In this document: positions 18,819 to 28,800 of the stretch, piece after piece
Layout of the letters: every line of letters starts with the position of its first letter
Position numbering within the stretch: the stretch's first letter is position 1
From: Clostridia bacterium
GTDB taxonomy: Bacteria > Bacillota > Clostridia > Oscillospirales > CAG-272
Length of the DNA stretch: 64,000 nt
NCBI GenBank assembly: GCA_017407835.1
Contig: JAFQVV010000027.1
Location: 3,414-67,413, forward strand
Direction: 5' to 3'
Notes under the pieces: model-generated
The model's database searches: none
The model's input: only the letters and a program-made list of their open reading frames with translations
Told to the model about the DNA's origin: nothing
Position numbers and translations under genes: made by a program

Positions 18819-20825
18819 TTAAATATCCGCTTCTGTCATATACTCGCTGCCGTGCTCGGCAATGAAGGCCTTGCGGGCGGGGAGATTGTCACCGAGCAGT
18901 GTGTCAAAGATAATCTCGGTTTCACGGGCGTCCGCGGGGGTGACTGCGATCAGACGGCGGGTGGCAGGGTTCATGGTTGTCTGCGACATCATGGTCGGTG
19001 TATTCTCACCCAAACCTTTTGACCGCTGAAGGGTGTATTTGGTATTGCCCAGACGGTGAAGTATCTCTGCCTTTTCGGGTTCGTTATAGGCAAAGAAGGT
19101 ATCATCCTTGGTGGTGATTTCAAAAAGCGGAGATTCGGCGATGAAAACCTTTCCTTCAGCCAGCAGCGTAGGCAGCAGACGATAGAAGAAGGTCAGCAGC
19201 AAGGTGCGAATCTGGAACCCATCCTCATCGGCATCGGTACAGATGATGATCTTTGACCAACGCAGGGAAGCAAGATCAAAGGGGACAATGTCACCCTTCA
19301 CCTTGCCTTTGAGCTCGACACCGCAGCCGATCACGCGCAGCAGATCAAGGATAATATCGCTTTTGAAGATCTTGTCATAGGTTGCCTTAAGACAGTTGAG
19401 GGTTTTTCCGCGCACGGGGATAACGGCTTGGAATTCAGCGTTGCGTGCCAGCTTGACCGAGGACAGCGCCGAGTCACCCTCCACAATATAAAGTTCGCGC
19501 AGCTCGGGATCCTTGGAGCGGCAGTTGACGAATTTCTCGACACGATTGGAAATATCCATGTTGCTCGACAGCTTCTTTTTGAGGTTGAGTCGAGCACTCT
19601 CTGCACTCTCGCGGCTGCGCTTGTTGACCAGAACCTGATTGGCGAAAACCTCGGCGGCGGTGGGATTCTCGATCAGATAAAGCTCAAGATTCTGCTTGAG
19701 ATAATCGGTCAGCGCCTCGGCGATGAAGCGGTTGTTGATGGCTTTTTTGGTTTGATTTTCGTAGGAGGTCTGGGTGGAGACCGAGTTGATGACCAGGACC
19801 AGACAGTCTTCGATATCGCTGAAGGTGATTTTGGATTCGTTTTTGTTATACTTTCCGTTCGCCTTCATGTATTTGTCCAGCGCGTACACAAAAGCAGAAC
19901 GCACTGCCTTATCGGGAGATCCGCCATGCTCCAAGTAGGAGGAGCAGTGATAATATTCCAGTGCATTGACGGTATTGGAGACACAGAAGGAGATTTCAGC
20001 ACGCAGCTTGTAGGGCTCCTTGTCCTCACGGTCGCGACCCTGCGCTTCCATTTTCCAGAGCACGGGGGCAGTCATAGCAGCTTCACCCGCCAACTCGGCG
20101 ATATAGTCGGAGATGCCGTTGGGGTAGCAGAAGCTTTGCTCGGTAAAGGAGCCGTCGCTCTGTTCAAGGCGAAGCTCAAAGTTCAGACCCGCAGTGGTGA
20201 CCGATGTGCGGCGAAGAGTGTTGTAGAAAAACTCATGGGGGATGGCAATGTCGGTGAATACCTCAAGATCTGGCTTCCATCGAATGACCGTACCCGTTCG
20301 GCGCTCGTTTTTGGCAAGCGGGATGGTTTCCAACTCACCGATCGGTTCTCCCTTGGCAAAGCTGATTTTGTGCAGATTTTCGCCGTCGTAGGAGCGCACT
20401 TCCATATATTCCGAGCTGTACTGCGTTGCGCAGGCGCCCAGACCGTTCAGTCCCAGTGAATATTCATAGGCAGCATCGGCATCGTTGTTGTTGTATTTTC
20501 CGCCCGCATAGAGTTCGCAGTAGACCAGCTCCCAGTTGAATTTCCCCTCGGCTTCGTTCCAACCGAGCGGGACGCCGCGGCCGTGGTCGTCCACTTCCAG
20601 CGAATGATCGGCGAAAGCGGTGACCTTGATGGTTGTACCGTAGCCCTCGCGCGCCTCGTCAACCGAGTTGGAGAGGATCTCAAAGAAGGAATGCTCACAA
20701 CCCTCAAGCCCGTCCGAGCCGAAGATGACGGCAGGGCGCTTGCGCACGCGGTCGGCACCTTTGAGCATGGTGATCGACTGGTTGTTATACTGTGCTTTGG
20801 CATTTTCAGTGGCTTTTTTTGCCAT
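18819..20825 (-). CDS. Type IIA topoisomerase subunit B (GyrB/ParE family)
   Basis: 668 aa. GHKL ATPase motif EILSNSVDEA, Toprim YIVEGDSA and ICTDADEDGFQI. No A subunit is adjacent. Confidence 0.88.
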   Translation of the reverse strand: MAKKATENAKAQYNNQSITMLKGADRVRKRPAVIFGSDGLEGCEHSFFEILSNSVDEAREGYGTTIKVTAFADHSLEVDDHGRGVPLGWNEAEGKFNWELVYCELYAGGKYNNNDADAAYEYSLGLNGLGACATQYSSEYMEVRSYDGENLHKISFAKGEPIGELETIPLAKNERRTGTVIRWKPDLEVFTDIAIPHEFFYNTLRRTSVTTAGLNFELRLEQSDGSFTEQSFCYPNGISDYIAELAGEAAMTAPVLWKMEAQGRDREDKEPYKLRAEISFCVSNTVNALEYYHCSSYLEHGGSPDKAVRSAFVYALDKYMKANGKYNKNESKITFSDIEDCLVLVINSVSTQTSYENQTKKAINNRFIAEALTDYLKQNLELYLIENPTAAEVFANQVLVNKRSRESAESARLNLKKKLSSNMDISNRVEKFVNCRSKDPELRELYIVEGDSALSSVKLARNAEFQAVIPVRGKTLNCLKATYDKIFKSDIILDLLRVIGCGVELKGKVKGDIVPFDLASLRWSKIIICTDADEDGFQIRTLLLTFFYRLLPTLLAEGKVFIAESPLFEITTKDDTFFAYNEPEKAEILHRLGNTKYTLQRSKGLGENTPTMMSQTTMNPATRRLIAVTPADARETEIIFDTLLGDNLPARKAFIAEHGSEYMTEADI

Positions 20826-20858
20826 GACAAATCTCTCTTTCGTACAATATTATTGGGA

Positions 20859-22199
20859 TTATTGCATTGCGGGGATAATCACGGTTACACGCAGCGTGCC
20901 GTCCAACAGAAGTTGGGTCTGCCAGACGGGGACCAGAAAGCCTTTGCTGTCGGTCCGCTGCGTAAGGGTAAGGGAAGTAATTTCCAGCGCGGAGAAGTCA
21001 AAACGGCCGAGTCCGGTACCGCTGCGGATGGCTTCAATTGCGTCATCGGCGGAGAGAATCGGGACTTCGGCGACCGCGCGCAGTTCACTCGGCTCGGCTT
21101 CGATGGTCCATCGCCCATCGGTGCGGATGGTGCAGCGAAGATGCCCGATTTGCCAAACCGCCTCATCTTCACTCGATACCGCAGCGGCGGTGTCGGCAGA
21201 CAGATCAAACCCAAGCGCGGTCAGCCACGTGCGGAGTTCAGTTTCGGTCGGATCCTCGGGGGCGGGATGTTTACCGTTTGCAGTGTGCGAGAGGGTGAAG
21301 CTTCCGTCAAGACGGTTGAATTGACACATCAGCCCGAGCGAGTTGGTGAACCAACTTTCGCTGTCGTAGTCGTCGGCGCGGAAATAGGTCATGTCGGCAC
21401 CGATTGCGGTGAAGATTGAGCGAGCGAAATCCGCTGCTTCGTCCGAGGTGTAACTGGGTGCGGCATAAACGGCGGCGGTTGCGGGAGAAGGTGTATCGGC
21501 AACCCCTTCGGCGACTGTGACGGTCACATTGCGCATCGCGTGCCTTGGGATGGCGGAGACCTCAAGATTGCCGTAAGGCTGTGCGGCATATGCGCCGAAA
21601 AGAGCAGCACAGGCAAGACCGCTTGCCAGCCAAGGCAGGAGGGGGCAGAATGCCGTGCGCGGTCGCTTTTGCCCCAGGGCACAGATGAACGAAATCAGTG
21701 TGCCGCCGAGCAGTCCGCCCAGCGTGTTGCAGAAAAGATCGTCCACATCAAACACGCCGCGGCGCAGAATCAGCTGTGTTACTTCAATCACCAGAGAGAA
21801 AGAAAAGGCGGTGAGTGCCATACGCCAAATCCGCCGAAGTGCAGGGAAGCGTATTGCAGTCAACAGACCGAAGGGGAGAAAGACTGCGATGTTCAAAAAC
21901 AATTGCTCGAAAAGCGAGGCTGACCAACTGTGCCATGCCTGCCGCCAGCTGAAAAAGGGAATCAACTGCAGGCTGAGGTGTTGCACATCGCGGTAGGTAA
22001 CCAGCGTCAAAATCAGTGTGACCAAAATATCTCCCGCAATGAGCAGGTCAAGAATCAACTTTGAAGGTGAGAGGGGAGCTACCGATTTTCCGCATCGGCG
22101 GCGAATATTGCGCATAAGAAGGAAAACCGAGAAGGCGATGATCAACAGCAGCAGAGCAGGGAGCGCGGCCTGCAAAAACCATACGATATACCCACTCAT
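20859..22199 (-). CDS. VanZ-like membrane protein with a C-terminal extracytoplasmic domain of about 260 aa and unknown function
   Basis: VanZ core FLNIAVFLPFGLL...VIEVTQLILRRGVFDVDDLFCNTLGGLLG. The ATG at 22199 forms an ATGA overlap with the ybaK stop. Confidence 0.75.
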   Translation of the reverse strand: MSGYIVWFLQAALPALLLLIIAFSVFLLMRNIRRRCGKSVAPLSPSKLILDLLIAGDILVTLILTLVTYRDVQHLSLQLIPFFSWRQAWHSWSASLFEQLFLNIAVFLPFGLLTAIRFPALRRIWRMALTAFSFSLVIEVTQLILRRGVFDVDDLFCNTLGGLLGGTLISFICALGQKRPRTAFCPLLPWLASGLACAALFGAYAAQPYGNLEVSAIPRHAMRNVTVTVAEGVADTPSPATAAVYAAPSYTSDEAADFARSIFTAIGADMTYFRADDYDSESWFTNSLGLMCQFNRLDGSFTLSHTANGKHPAPEDPTETELRTWLTALGFDLSADTAAAVSSEDEAVWQIGHLRCTIRTDGRWTIEAEPSELRAVAEVPILSADDAIEAIRSGTGLGRFDFSALEITSLTLTQRTDSKGFLVPVWQTQLLLDGTLRVTVIIPAMQ

Positions 22200-22681
22200 G
22201 TTTCGCTTTCCTGCCAACCGCGGCAGACATCCACCCATGCCGCCGCCCCCGATATGGTGAAAAGCGTATCACAATCAAGAGGAATTGCACTGTTGGATGA
22301 ACCGCAAGCGGGGTAAACCGTGTCAAAGCGGCGCAGGGAAACGTCCAGCCAGACCTCGACGCCTGTCTCGGGCAGAGCGAAGGGGCAGACACCGCCCACT
22401 GCATGACCGGTGGCGGCAATTACCTCCTCGGCAGAGAGCATTTTTGCCTTGCAGCCGAACTGCGATTTGAATTTTGCGTTATCAATTCTTGCATCTCCTG
22501 CGGTGACCAGCAGAATAGTATTCTCAGCACCGTGGAAGGTCAGAGATTTGGCGATGTGTGCACTGTCACACCCGATGGCTTCGGCAGCCAGTGCTACCGT
22601 TGCCGAGGAAACCGAAAACTCAATGATTTGCGTATCCAAGCCGTGTTGAGCCAGTGCATGACGCACATGTTCGATGGACAT
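22196..22681 (-). CDS. ybaK: YbaK/EbsC-type aminoacyl-tRNA (Cys-tRNA-Pro) deacylase
   Basis: About 161 aa with HIAKSLTF and GHAVGGVCPF motifs typical of the YbaK editing domain. The ATG at 22681 is preceded by GGAGG. Confidence 0.82.
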   Translation of the reverse strand: MSIEHVRHALAQHGLDTQIIEFSVSSATVALAAEAIGCDSAHIAKSLTFHGAENTILLVTAGDARIDNAKFKSQFGCKAKMLSAEEVIAATGHAVGGVCPFALPETGVEVWLDVSLRRFDTVYPACGSSNSAIPLDCDTLFTISGAAAWVDVCRGWQESET

Positions 22682-22828
22682 GATGAAAACCTCCGCAAAA
22701 AACACTTCGTATTATTTAATTATAGCACAAAAAACGCCAAAGTGCAAGTCATTTTGCGCATACATTCCCGCAAAGACCGCCGAAGATGTTAACATGATGT
22801 TAAAAGAGGAAAAAATGCATTTTTTCTC

Positions 22829-22857
22829 TTGCAATTTTGCAAAATATCGTGTATAAT
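22829..22857 (+). promoter_or_regulatory. Promoter TTGCAA-17-TATAAT for PEP carboxykinase
   Basis: Read directly. The -35 is part of TTGCAATTTTGCAA. Confidence 0.7.
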
Positions 22858-22929
22858 TAAAATGGATAACGAGGGGCTTACATATCCCTTTTTTCAATGA
22901 AAAATAATTTGCATGCAAGGAGATAGAAC

Positions 22930-24711
22930 ATGGAAATCAAAAATACTTATGTTCGCAACTGGGTTGAGGAGATGGCTCTTCTGACCCGTCCCGATCAGAT
23001 CGTTTGGATTGATGGCAGCGAGACGCAGGCTGAAGAACTGCGCAAGCAGGCAATCGCGACCGGCGAGATGATCAAGCTCAATCAGGATAAGCTTCCCGGC
23101 TGCTATCTGCACAGAACTGCAGTCAATGACGTTGCTCGCGTTGAGGGCAGAACCTTTATCTGCACCACCAACAAGGAAGATGCAGGCAACATCAACAACT
23201 GGATGGATCCCTACGAGTGCTACCACAAGCTCTCCAAGCTCTACCGCGGCTCGATGAAGGGCAGAACCATGTACGTTATCCCCTATTCCATGGGTATCGT
23301 CGGCTCTGACTTTGCCAAGTACGGCATCGAGCTCACCGACTCGATCTACGTCGTGCTCAACATGCTCATCATGACCCGCGTCGGCACCGAGGTGCTGGAG
23401 GCTATGGGTAATGATGCCGGCTTCATTAAGGGCTTGCATGCCAAGGCTGACATCGACGAGGAGAACCGCTATATCTGCCACTTCCCCCAGGACAACACCA
23501 TCTGGTCCATCAACTCGGGCTACGGCGGAAATGTTCTGCTGGGCAAGAAGTGCTTCGCACTCCGCATTGCTTCCTACCTCGGCCGCAAGGAAGGCTGGAT
23601 GGCTGAGCATATGCTCATCCTGGGTGTCGAGTATCCCAACGGTGAGACCAAGTACATCTGCGCCGCATTCCCCTCTGCCTGCGGTAAGACCAACCTTGCT
23701 ATGCTGATTCCTCCCACGGTTTATGCCGAGAAGGGCTACAAGGTATGGTGCGTGGGTGATGATATCGCATGGCTGCGCGTCGGCGAGGACGGCCGCCTGT
23801 GGGCAATGAACCCCGAGAACGGCTTCTTCGGCGTTGCGCCCGGTACCAACGAGAAGTCCAATCCCAACGCACTCCACACTACCATGAAGGACACCATCTT
23901 CACCAACGTGGTGCATGATCTTGACAACAACACCGTTTGGTGGGAAGGCCTGGACAACAATCCCCCCGCAAACGCGATCGACTGGAAGGGCAACAAGTGG
24001 GACTACACCAAGTATGACAAGAAGGATAAGTCCACCTGCGGCGCACATCCCAACAGCCGCTTCACCGCAAAGGCTGTCAACTGCCCCTGCCTGTCCGCTG
24101 AATTCGAGAACGCAAACGGCGTTCCGGTTTCCGCTATCGTCTTCGGTGGGCGCCGTGCGAAGACCGCTCCCCTGGTTTACCAGTCCTTCAACTGGCAGCA
24201 TGGTGCCTTCGTTGGCTCCATCATGGCCTCCGAGACCACTGCAGCTGCTGCAGGTGCTGTCGGCGTCGTTCGCCGCGATCCCATGGCAATGCGTCCCTTC
24301 GTTGGTTATGACATGGGCGACTACTTCCAGCATTGGATCGATATGGGCAAGAAGATTCCCAACGCACCCAAGATCTTCCACGTCAACTGGTTCCGTACCG
24401 ATGACGAGGGTCACTTCATCTGGCCCGGCTTCGGCGACAATATGCGCGTTCTGATGTGGATCCTCGCTCGCTGCGAGGGCAAGGTTGATGCCGTTGAGAC
24501 TGCCATCGGTTTCGTACCCAAGGCTGAGGACATCAACATCGAAGGTCTCGAGGATGTTACCCTTGATACCATTCGCGAGCTGGTTTCCATCGATACTGCT
24601 TCCTGGAAGGAAGATTTGGCCAACATCAAGGAGTTCTACACTCTGGTTGGTGACCGCGTTCCTGCAGAGATGAAGGAAGAGCTGGCTGCTCTGGAGAAGA
24701 GACTCGGCTGA
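22930..24711 (+). CDS. pck: Phosphoenolpyruvate carboxykinase (GTP)
   Basis: 593 aa. Kinase-1a motif FPSACGKTN and the overall GTP-PEPCK pattern. Confidence 0.95.
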   Translation: MEIKNTYVRNWVEEMALLTRPDQIVWIDGSETQAEELRKQAIATGEMIKLNQDKLPGCYLHRTAVNDVARVEGRTFICTTNKEDAGNINNWMDPYECYHKLSKLYRGSMKGRTMYVIPYSMGIVGSDFAKYGIELTDSIYVVLNMLIMTRVGTEVLEAMGNDAGFIKGLHAKADIDEENRYICHFPQDNTIWSINSGYGGNVLLGKKCFALRIASYLGRKEGWMAEHMLILGVEYPNGETKYICAAFPSACGKTNLAMLIPPTVYAEKGYKVWCVGDDIAWLRVGEDGRLWAMNPENGFFGVAPGTNEKSNPNALHTTMKDTIFTNVVHDLDNNTVWWEGLDNNPPANAIDWKGNKWDYTKYDKKDKSTCGAHPNSRFTAKAVNCPCLSAEFENANGVPVSAIVFGGRRAKTAPLVYQSFNWQHGAFVGSIMASETTAAAAGAVGVVRRDPMAMRPFVGYDMGDYFQHWIDMGKKIPNAPKIFHVNWFRTDDEGHFIWPGFGDNMRVLMWILARCEGKVDAVETAIGFVPKAEDINIEGLEDVTLDTIRELVSIDTASWKEDLANIKEFYTLVGDRVPAEMKEELAALEKRLG

Positions 24712-24725
24712 TTGGATTGATTTTC

Positions 24726-24760
24726 GGGGTGTCGTGCTGTGCACGACACCCCGTTCTTTC
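24726..24760 (+). terminator. Rho-independent terminator (12-bp stem GGGGTGTCGTGC/GCACGACACCCC)
   Basis: Read directly; followed by GTTCTTTC. Confidence 0.8.
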
Positions 24761-24777
24761 AATTCGCGCCAAAACAC

Positions 24778-24806
24778 TTGCATTTTTGCGGCTGATATGC
24801 TATACT
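24778..24806 (+). promoter_or_regulatory. Promoter TTGCAT-17-TATACT
   Basis: Read directly; 128 nt upstream of the 24935 start. Confidence 0.6.
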
Positions 24807-24837
24807 GTGTTTGTAGAGACACAGATCGTTCGACTGG

Positions 24838-24920
24838 AATCTAATTGAGATTGGGTATGGATTAGATTGTTCGAAAAAATGATGCCTAAATCAAAAACTC
24901 AATTAGACGGAAATCTAATT
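24838..24920 (+). promoter_or_regulatory. Leader with four mutually complementary 7-9-nt segments (AATCTAATT / ATTAGATT / AATTAGA / AATCTAATT)
   Basis: The segments are at 24838-46, 24861-68, 24901-07 and 24912-20. Pairings 1:2 + 3:4 or 2:4 + 1:3 are both possible. The last segment abuts the RBS. Confidence 0.45.
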
Positions 24921-24934
24921 TATGGGGGTCTATC

Positions 24935-25558
24935 ATGGGAGACGCTGTTGCTGGAATTGCCACTGTTGGCTTTTTGATTGTATATTTGATTATCCTTTTG
25001 GGCTGCCTTGCTGTTGGTGTGGTGATGTATGTGCTGCAAGGGCTTGCGATCAAGAACATGTCTGAGTCCTGTGGCCTGGGGCACACTTGGATGGGATTTG
25101 TTCCCTTCGCATCAAGCTATCGGCTGGGACAGCTGGCCGAGCAAAAACCGAAATTGGGCAAAAAGCCCTGGCCTTGGCGCCATTTGGCATTGGGCGGTGC
25201 TATTACGCTAATACTTGCTTTGTTTGTATTGGAGGGCGTTGTGCTTGTGCAGACGGTTTCGATGATATTGGAGAGCGGAAGTGAGCTTTCGGTGGGCGAT
25301 TCCCTGCAGGTCTACGGAACGTTTAGCGTGGGGATGATTTTCTATTATGTGATTGCCATCGCTTACAATGTTGTGATATATATAATATATTGGAAGATTT
25401 TCTCGCTGTTTGCTCCCGAGAATGCTGTGCTTTTCCTGCTGCTGAGTATTTTTTTCAGCATGGCTTTGCCGATTTTGCTTTTTGCCATCCGCAAACGCAC
25501 CCCCAACCTTGCGCCGGTCCCCCCTTCTGCGGGCGGGAGCGATGCTGACTGGACCTGA
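24935..25558 (+). CDS. Multi-pass membrane protein of unknown function
   Basis: 207 aa, four to five hydrophobic helices. GGGGG RBS 5 nt upstream. No motif recognised. Confidence 0.65.
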   Translation: MGDAVAGIATVGFLIVYLIILLGCLAVGVVMYVLQGLAIKNMSESCGLGHTWMGFVPFASSYRLGQLAEQKPKLGKKPWPWRHLALGGAITLILALFVLEGVVLVQTVSMILESGSELSVGDSLQVYGTFSVGMIFYYVIAIAYNVVIYIIYWKIFSLFAPENAVLFLLLSIFFSMALPILLFAIRKRTPNLAPVPPSAGGSDADWT

Positions 25559-25572
25559 TTTTACATCTTGAG

Positions 25573-25605
25573 AGCCGCCGATGTGCCCACATCGGCGGCT
25601 TTTTT
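25573..25605 (+). terminator. Rho-independent terminator (13-bp stem AGCCGCCGATGTG/CACATCGGCGGCT + TTTTTT)
   Basis: Read directly. Confidence 0.85.
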
Positions 25606-25668
25606 ACGCAATTTTTAATATTAAAGTGGGTTTAGTATTACACAAGCGTTACAAATGCGGAATATGTC

Positions 25669-25697
25669 TTGCAAAAAATCCCTTGATAGGGTATCAT
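25669..25697 (+). promoter_or_regulatory. Promoter TTGCAA-17-TATCAT for the S-layer gene, followed by a structured leader of about 160 nt
   Basis: Hexamers read directly. The leader contains ATCGGGTA / TACCCGAT / ATCGGGTAT at 25740-25775. Confidence 0.6.
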
Positions 25698-25863
25698 ATG
25701 CTCACAGGGAAATCTCTGTGGGATGCTGTGCATCCGTGGATCGGGTAGATACCCGATACTGGCTACATCGGGTATGAGCGAACTGCTCGGACCCCGGAAG
25801 TGCAGTTGAACGCAGAGCAGTTTCACCTGAAAAAATAATTATTTTTGAAGGAGAAAACCAACC

Positions 25864-28800
25864 ATGAGAAATTTCAAGAAATTTCTTGCACTCGTCCTCG
25901 CCATGATGATGGTCGTGGGCGGCATGGTCACGGTATCTGCTGCAGAAGAGACTGCTGCTACGTATGATTACACCGCAGCAGCTGAGGCGCTTGCCGAGCT
26001 CGGCATCGTCAAGGGGACTTCTGATGACGTAATCGACTTTGCCCTCGAGGACAAGGTTGTTCGTTACCAGATGGCTCTTCTGGTTGCACGTATCATGACC
26101 GGTGAAGTAGACGACTCTTACTGGAATAAGGTCGTTGAGAACACCACTCCCTTCGATGACGTTACCAAGTACTACGGTGCAATCGCATACGTAGCTGATA
26201 ACGAAATCGTAGAGGGTAAGGGCTGGATCGCAGGCGTTGGCGACAACTGCTTCGATCCCGAAGGCCCCATCACCTATGAGCAGGCTCTGACCATGGCAGT
26301 TCGCGCCCTCGGTTACAAGCAGCTCGTATACCCCACCGGCTTTGTTAACACCGCTGAAGAACTCGGCCTGACCGAAGGTCTGGAAGAGCTCGCAGGTGAC
26401 ACTCAGCTGACCCGTGGCCAGATGTTCCAGATCATCTACAACCTGTTCTTCACTGCAGGCAAGGATGGCTCTGACTTCGCCACCAAGGCATTCGGTCTTC
26501 AGACCGAGACCTACGTCGTAGTTGCTACCGAGCTGCAGGCGCTGCTTGGTGCAGAGCGTGTTTACCGCGTTGACTACGAGGGCAAGGGCAGAAAGTACGA
26601 CAAGTACGTTGCTCTGGCTCCCATCAACGAGGACGGCACCTACAACCTCGACGCAGTTATCCACATGACCGAGAAGGAACTCGGCATGGACCAGAAGGAA
26701 TCCGAGTACAGACTCGGCTACTCCTATGTTGTTAAGTCTTTCGACAAGTTTGCTAACGCCTACATTGTTGAGCCTTGCAAGTCCACCGTTCTTCAGAACT
26801 ACGGTGATGACAAGCAGATCACTGCAGGTGCTCTGTACCACAACATGGGCAGCAACCTTATCAAGCTTGACGGTACCACCTACAAGCTCGTTGATGAGTA
26901 CACCAACCTCAACAACAAGACCTACGCAAACCGTAACCCTGAGATCATCGTTCACTCGATGTATGAGGGCGAGACCAGCACCACCGGCGGTTACTACATC
27001 TACGACGAGATGTTCAACATTCTCGATCCCGAGAGCGCAACCGGTGAGATCGCTCTGCTGTACAACCAGTGGACCAACACCTACTATGTAAAGGTTGGCA
27101 CCGGCTACCGTGTAGCTACCGACGCTGACTTTGCAAAGTACGCAGTTGGCAATGACATCAACACCTCTTTCTTCGGTGTTGTTACCGATGTCAGCAAGCT
27201 TCTCAATGATGTTGAGTTCTGCGAAATCACCCTGTTCGACGACAACGATGACGGCGTTTGGGATCGTGGTATCTACATCCCCTACTCCTTCGGTTCTTAC
27301 TACACCTATGATAAGAACGCTAACACCTTTGATTTCGATACCGTTACCACTGTAAAGGGCAACGATATTCAGATCAACAACAAGTGCCTTGACGGTTGGG
27401 GTGAAGTCTCCGACGGTACTTATGGCTACAAGACTTATGTTGCTCAGTCCAGCGTTGACTTTATCGGCGACGGTCGTCCGAAGACCGGCGATTACCTCGT
27501 TTACTGGTACAATCCTCAGGGTCGTGTATTCTGCACGATCGAGAAGACTGCCATGACCTATGCAAAGGTCACCGCTCTCAACCAGGGCACCTATTCCTAT
27601 GACAGCAAGACCGAGACCTACTACTGGAAGAACGCTACCGTAACCCTCGAGGGTGAGGAAGCTCCTCTGGTACTGGGCTATCGTCCTTATGTAACTGACA
27701 GCCGCTATGTTGAGACCAAGTCTGAGTATGACCTCGTATACTTCGACAAGGATCTCGCACTGTACGGTTACAACAGCGTTATCTACGAGTGCCTTGCAAA
27801 CAGCACTTACCTGAATCTGGGTTATGTTGTTCTTGCAGGTCGCGTTGTTGACGTTGCAAAGCAGGATACCCGCGCTGTCTCCGGCAGCTGGATGTTCTTT
27901 GACTACGGCGTAGAAGGCCTTGACACTGACAAGACCTACACTTATTACACCTACGAAGGTGATATCCTCGGTGTTGACGAAGATGGCAACATCCTCGTAA
28001 ACGCTTGGGTTGACGGCGAGACCACTGAGGTCGTTGCTAAGATCGGCTCCATCAACGGTTTCGACACCTTTGGCGAACTCGTTGCTGACTATGCTGCTCT
28101 CAACTTCCAGTTCACCGGTATCGGTATTCTGGGCGCAGGCCAGTATGAGACTCTCCAGAAGATCATCGTTGCACGCTTCTTCGAGACTCTTACCTATGAC
28201 CTTGACAACGGCAATCGTCAGATGCTCTACACTGTAACCGACGTTGATGATGACGGCGTTTACAGCATCCGCACCGACGTTGCTATCTACTGGGGTAGCA
28301 AGAATGTAAACACCTACATTCAGCCTCAGTACATCTATACTCCCCGCTCTGTTTCCGGTAACTACGCTTCCAACCGTATTTACTACAACGGCCGTTCCAC
28401 CAACTACAATGCTCCCGGCGGCAGCGCACCCATGCAGCTCCATGAGGAGTCCATCATCGTTTGCATCGGTAACGATGGCGTTGGTACCGCTACCGGTATT
28501 CCTACCGACGGCGCAGTTGTAAACAGCGAAGCTGCTTACGTATTCGAGTACAACAATGACATCATCCTCCTCTTCGCTCCCAACGCTTCGTACAAGACTC
28601 TGTACACCGGCAAGTGGGATGACGACCACAGAGCTGAGGGTTACACCTACTACATGGTATCCGGTAAGCATATGTCTGCTGGCGCTCTCGCTGACTGCAC
28701 CACCGGTACCGTTACTTGGGATGCTAATGGCGTAGGCACCTACACCTACAAGAACCTGTTCAACCTGAATTCCGGTGAATTCGAAACCAAGACCGTTGTT

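Noticed and set aside
22894-24822. 642-aa minus-strand ORF
   Set aside because: Antisense shadow of the unmistakable GTP-PEPCK gene; no recognisable motifs.
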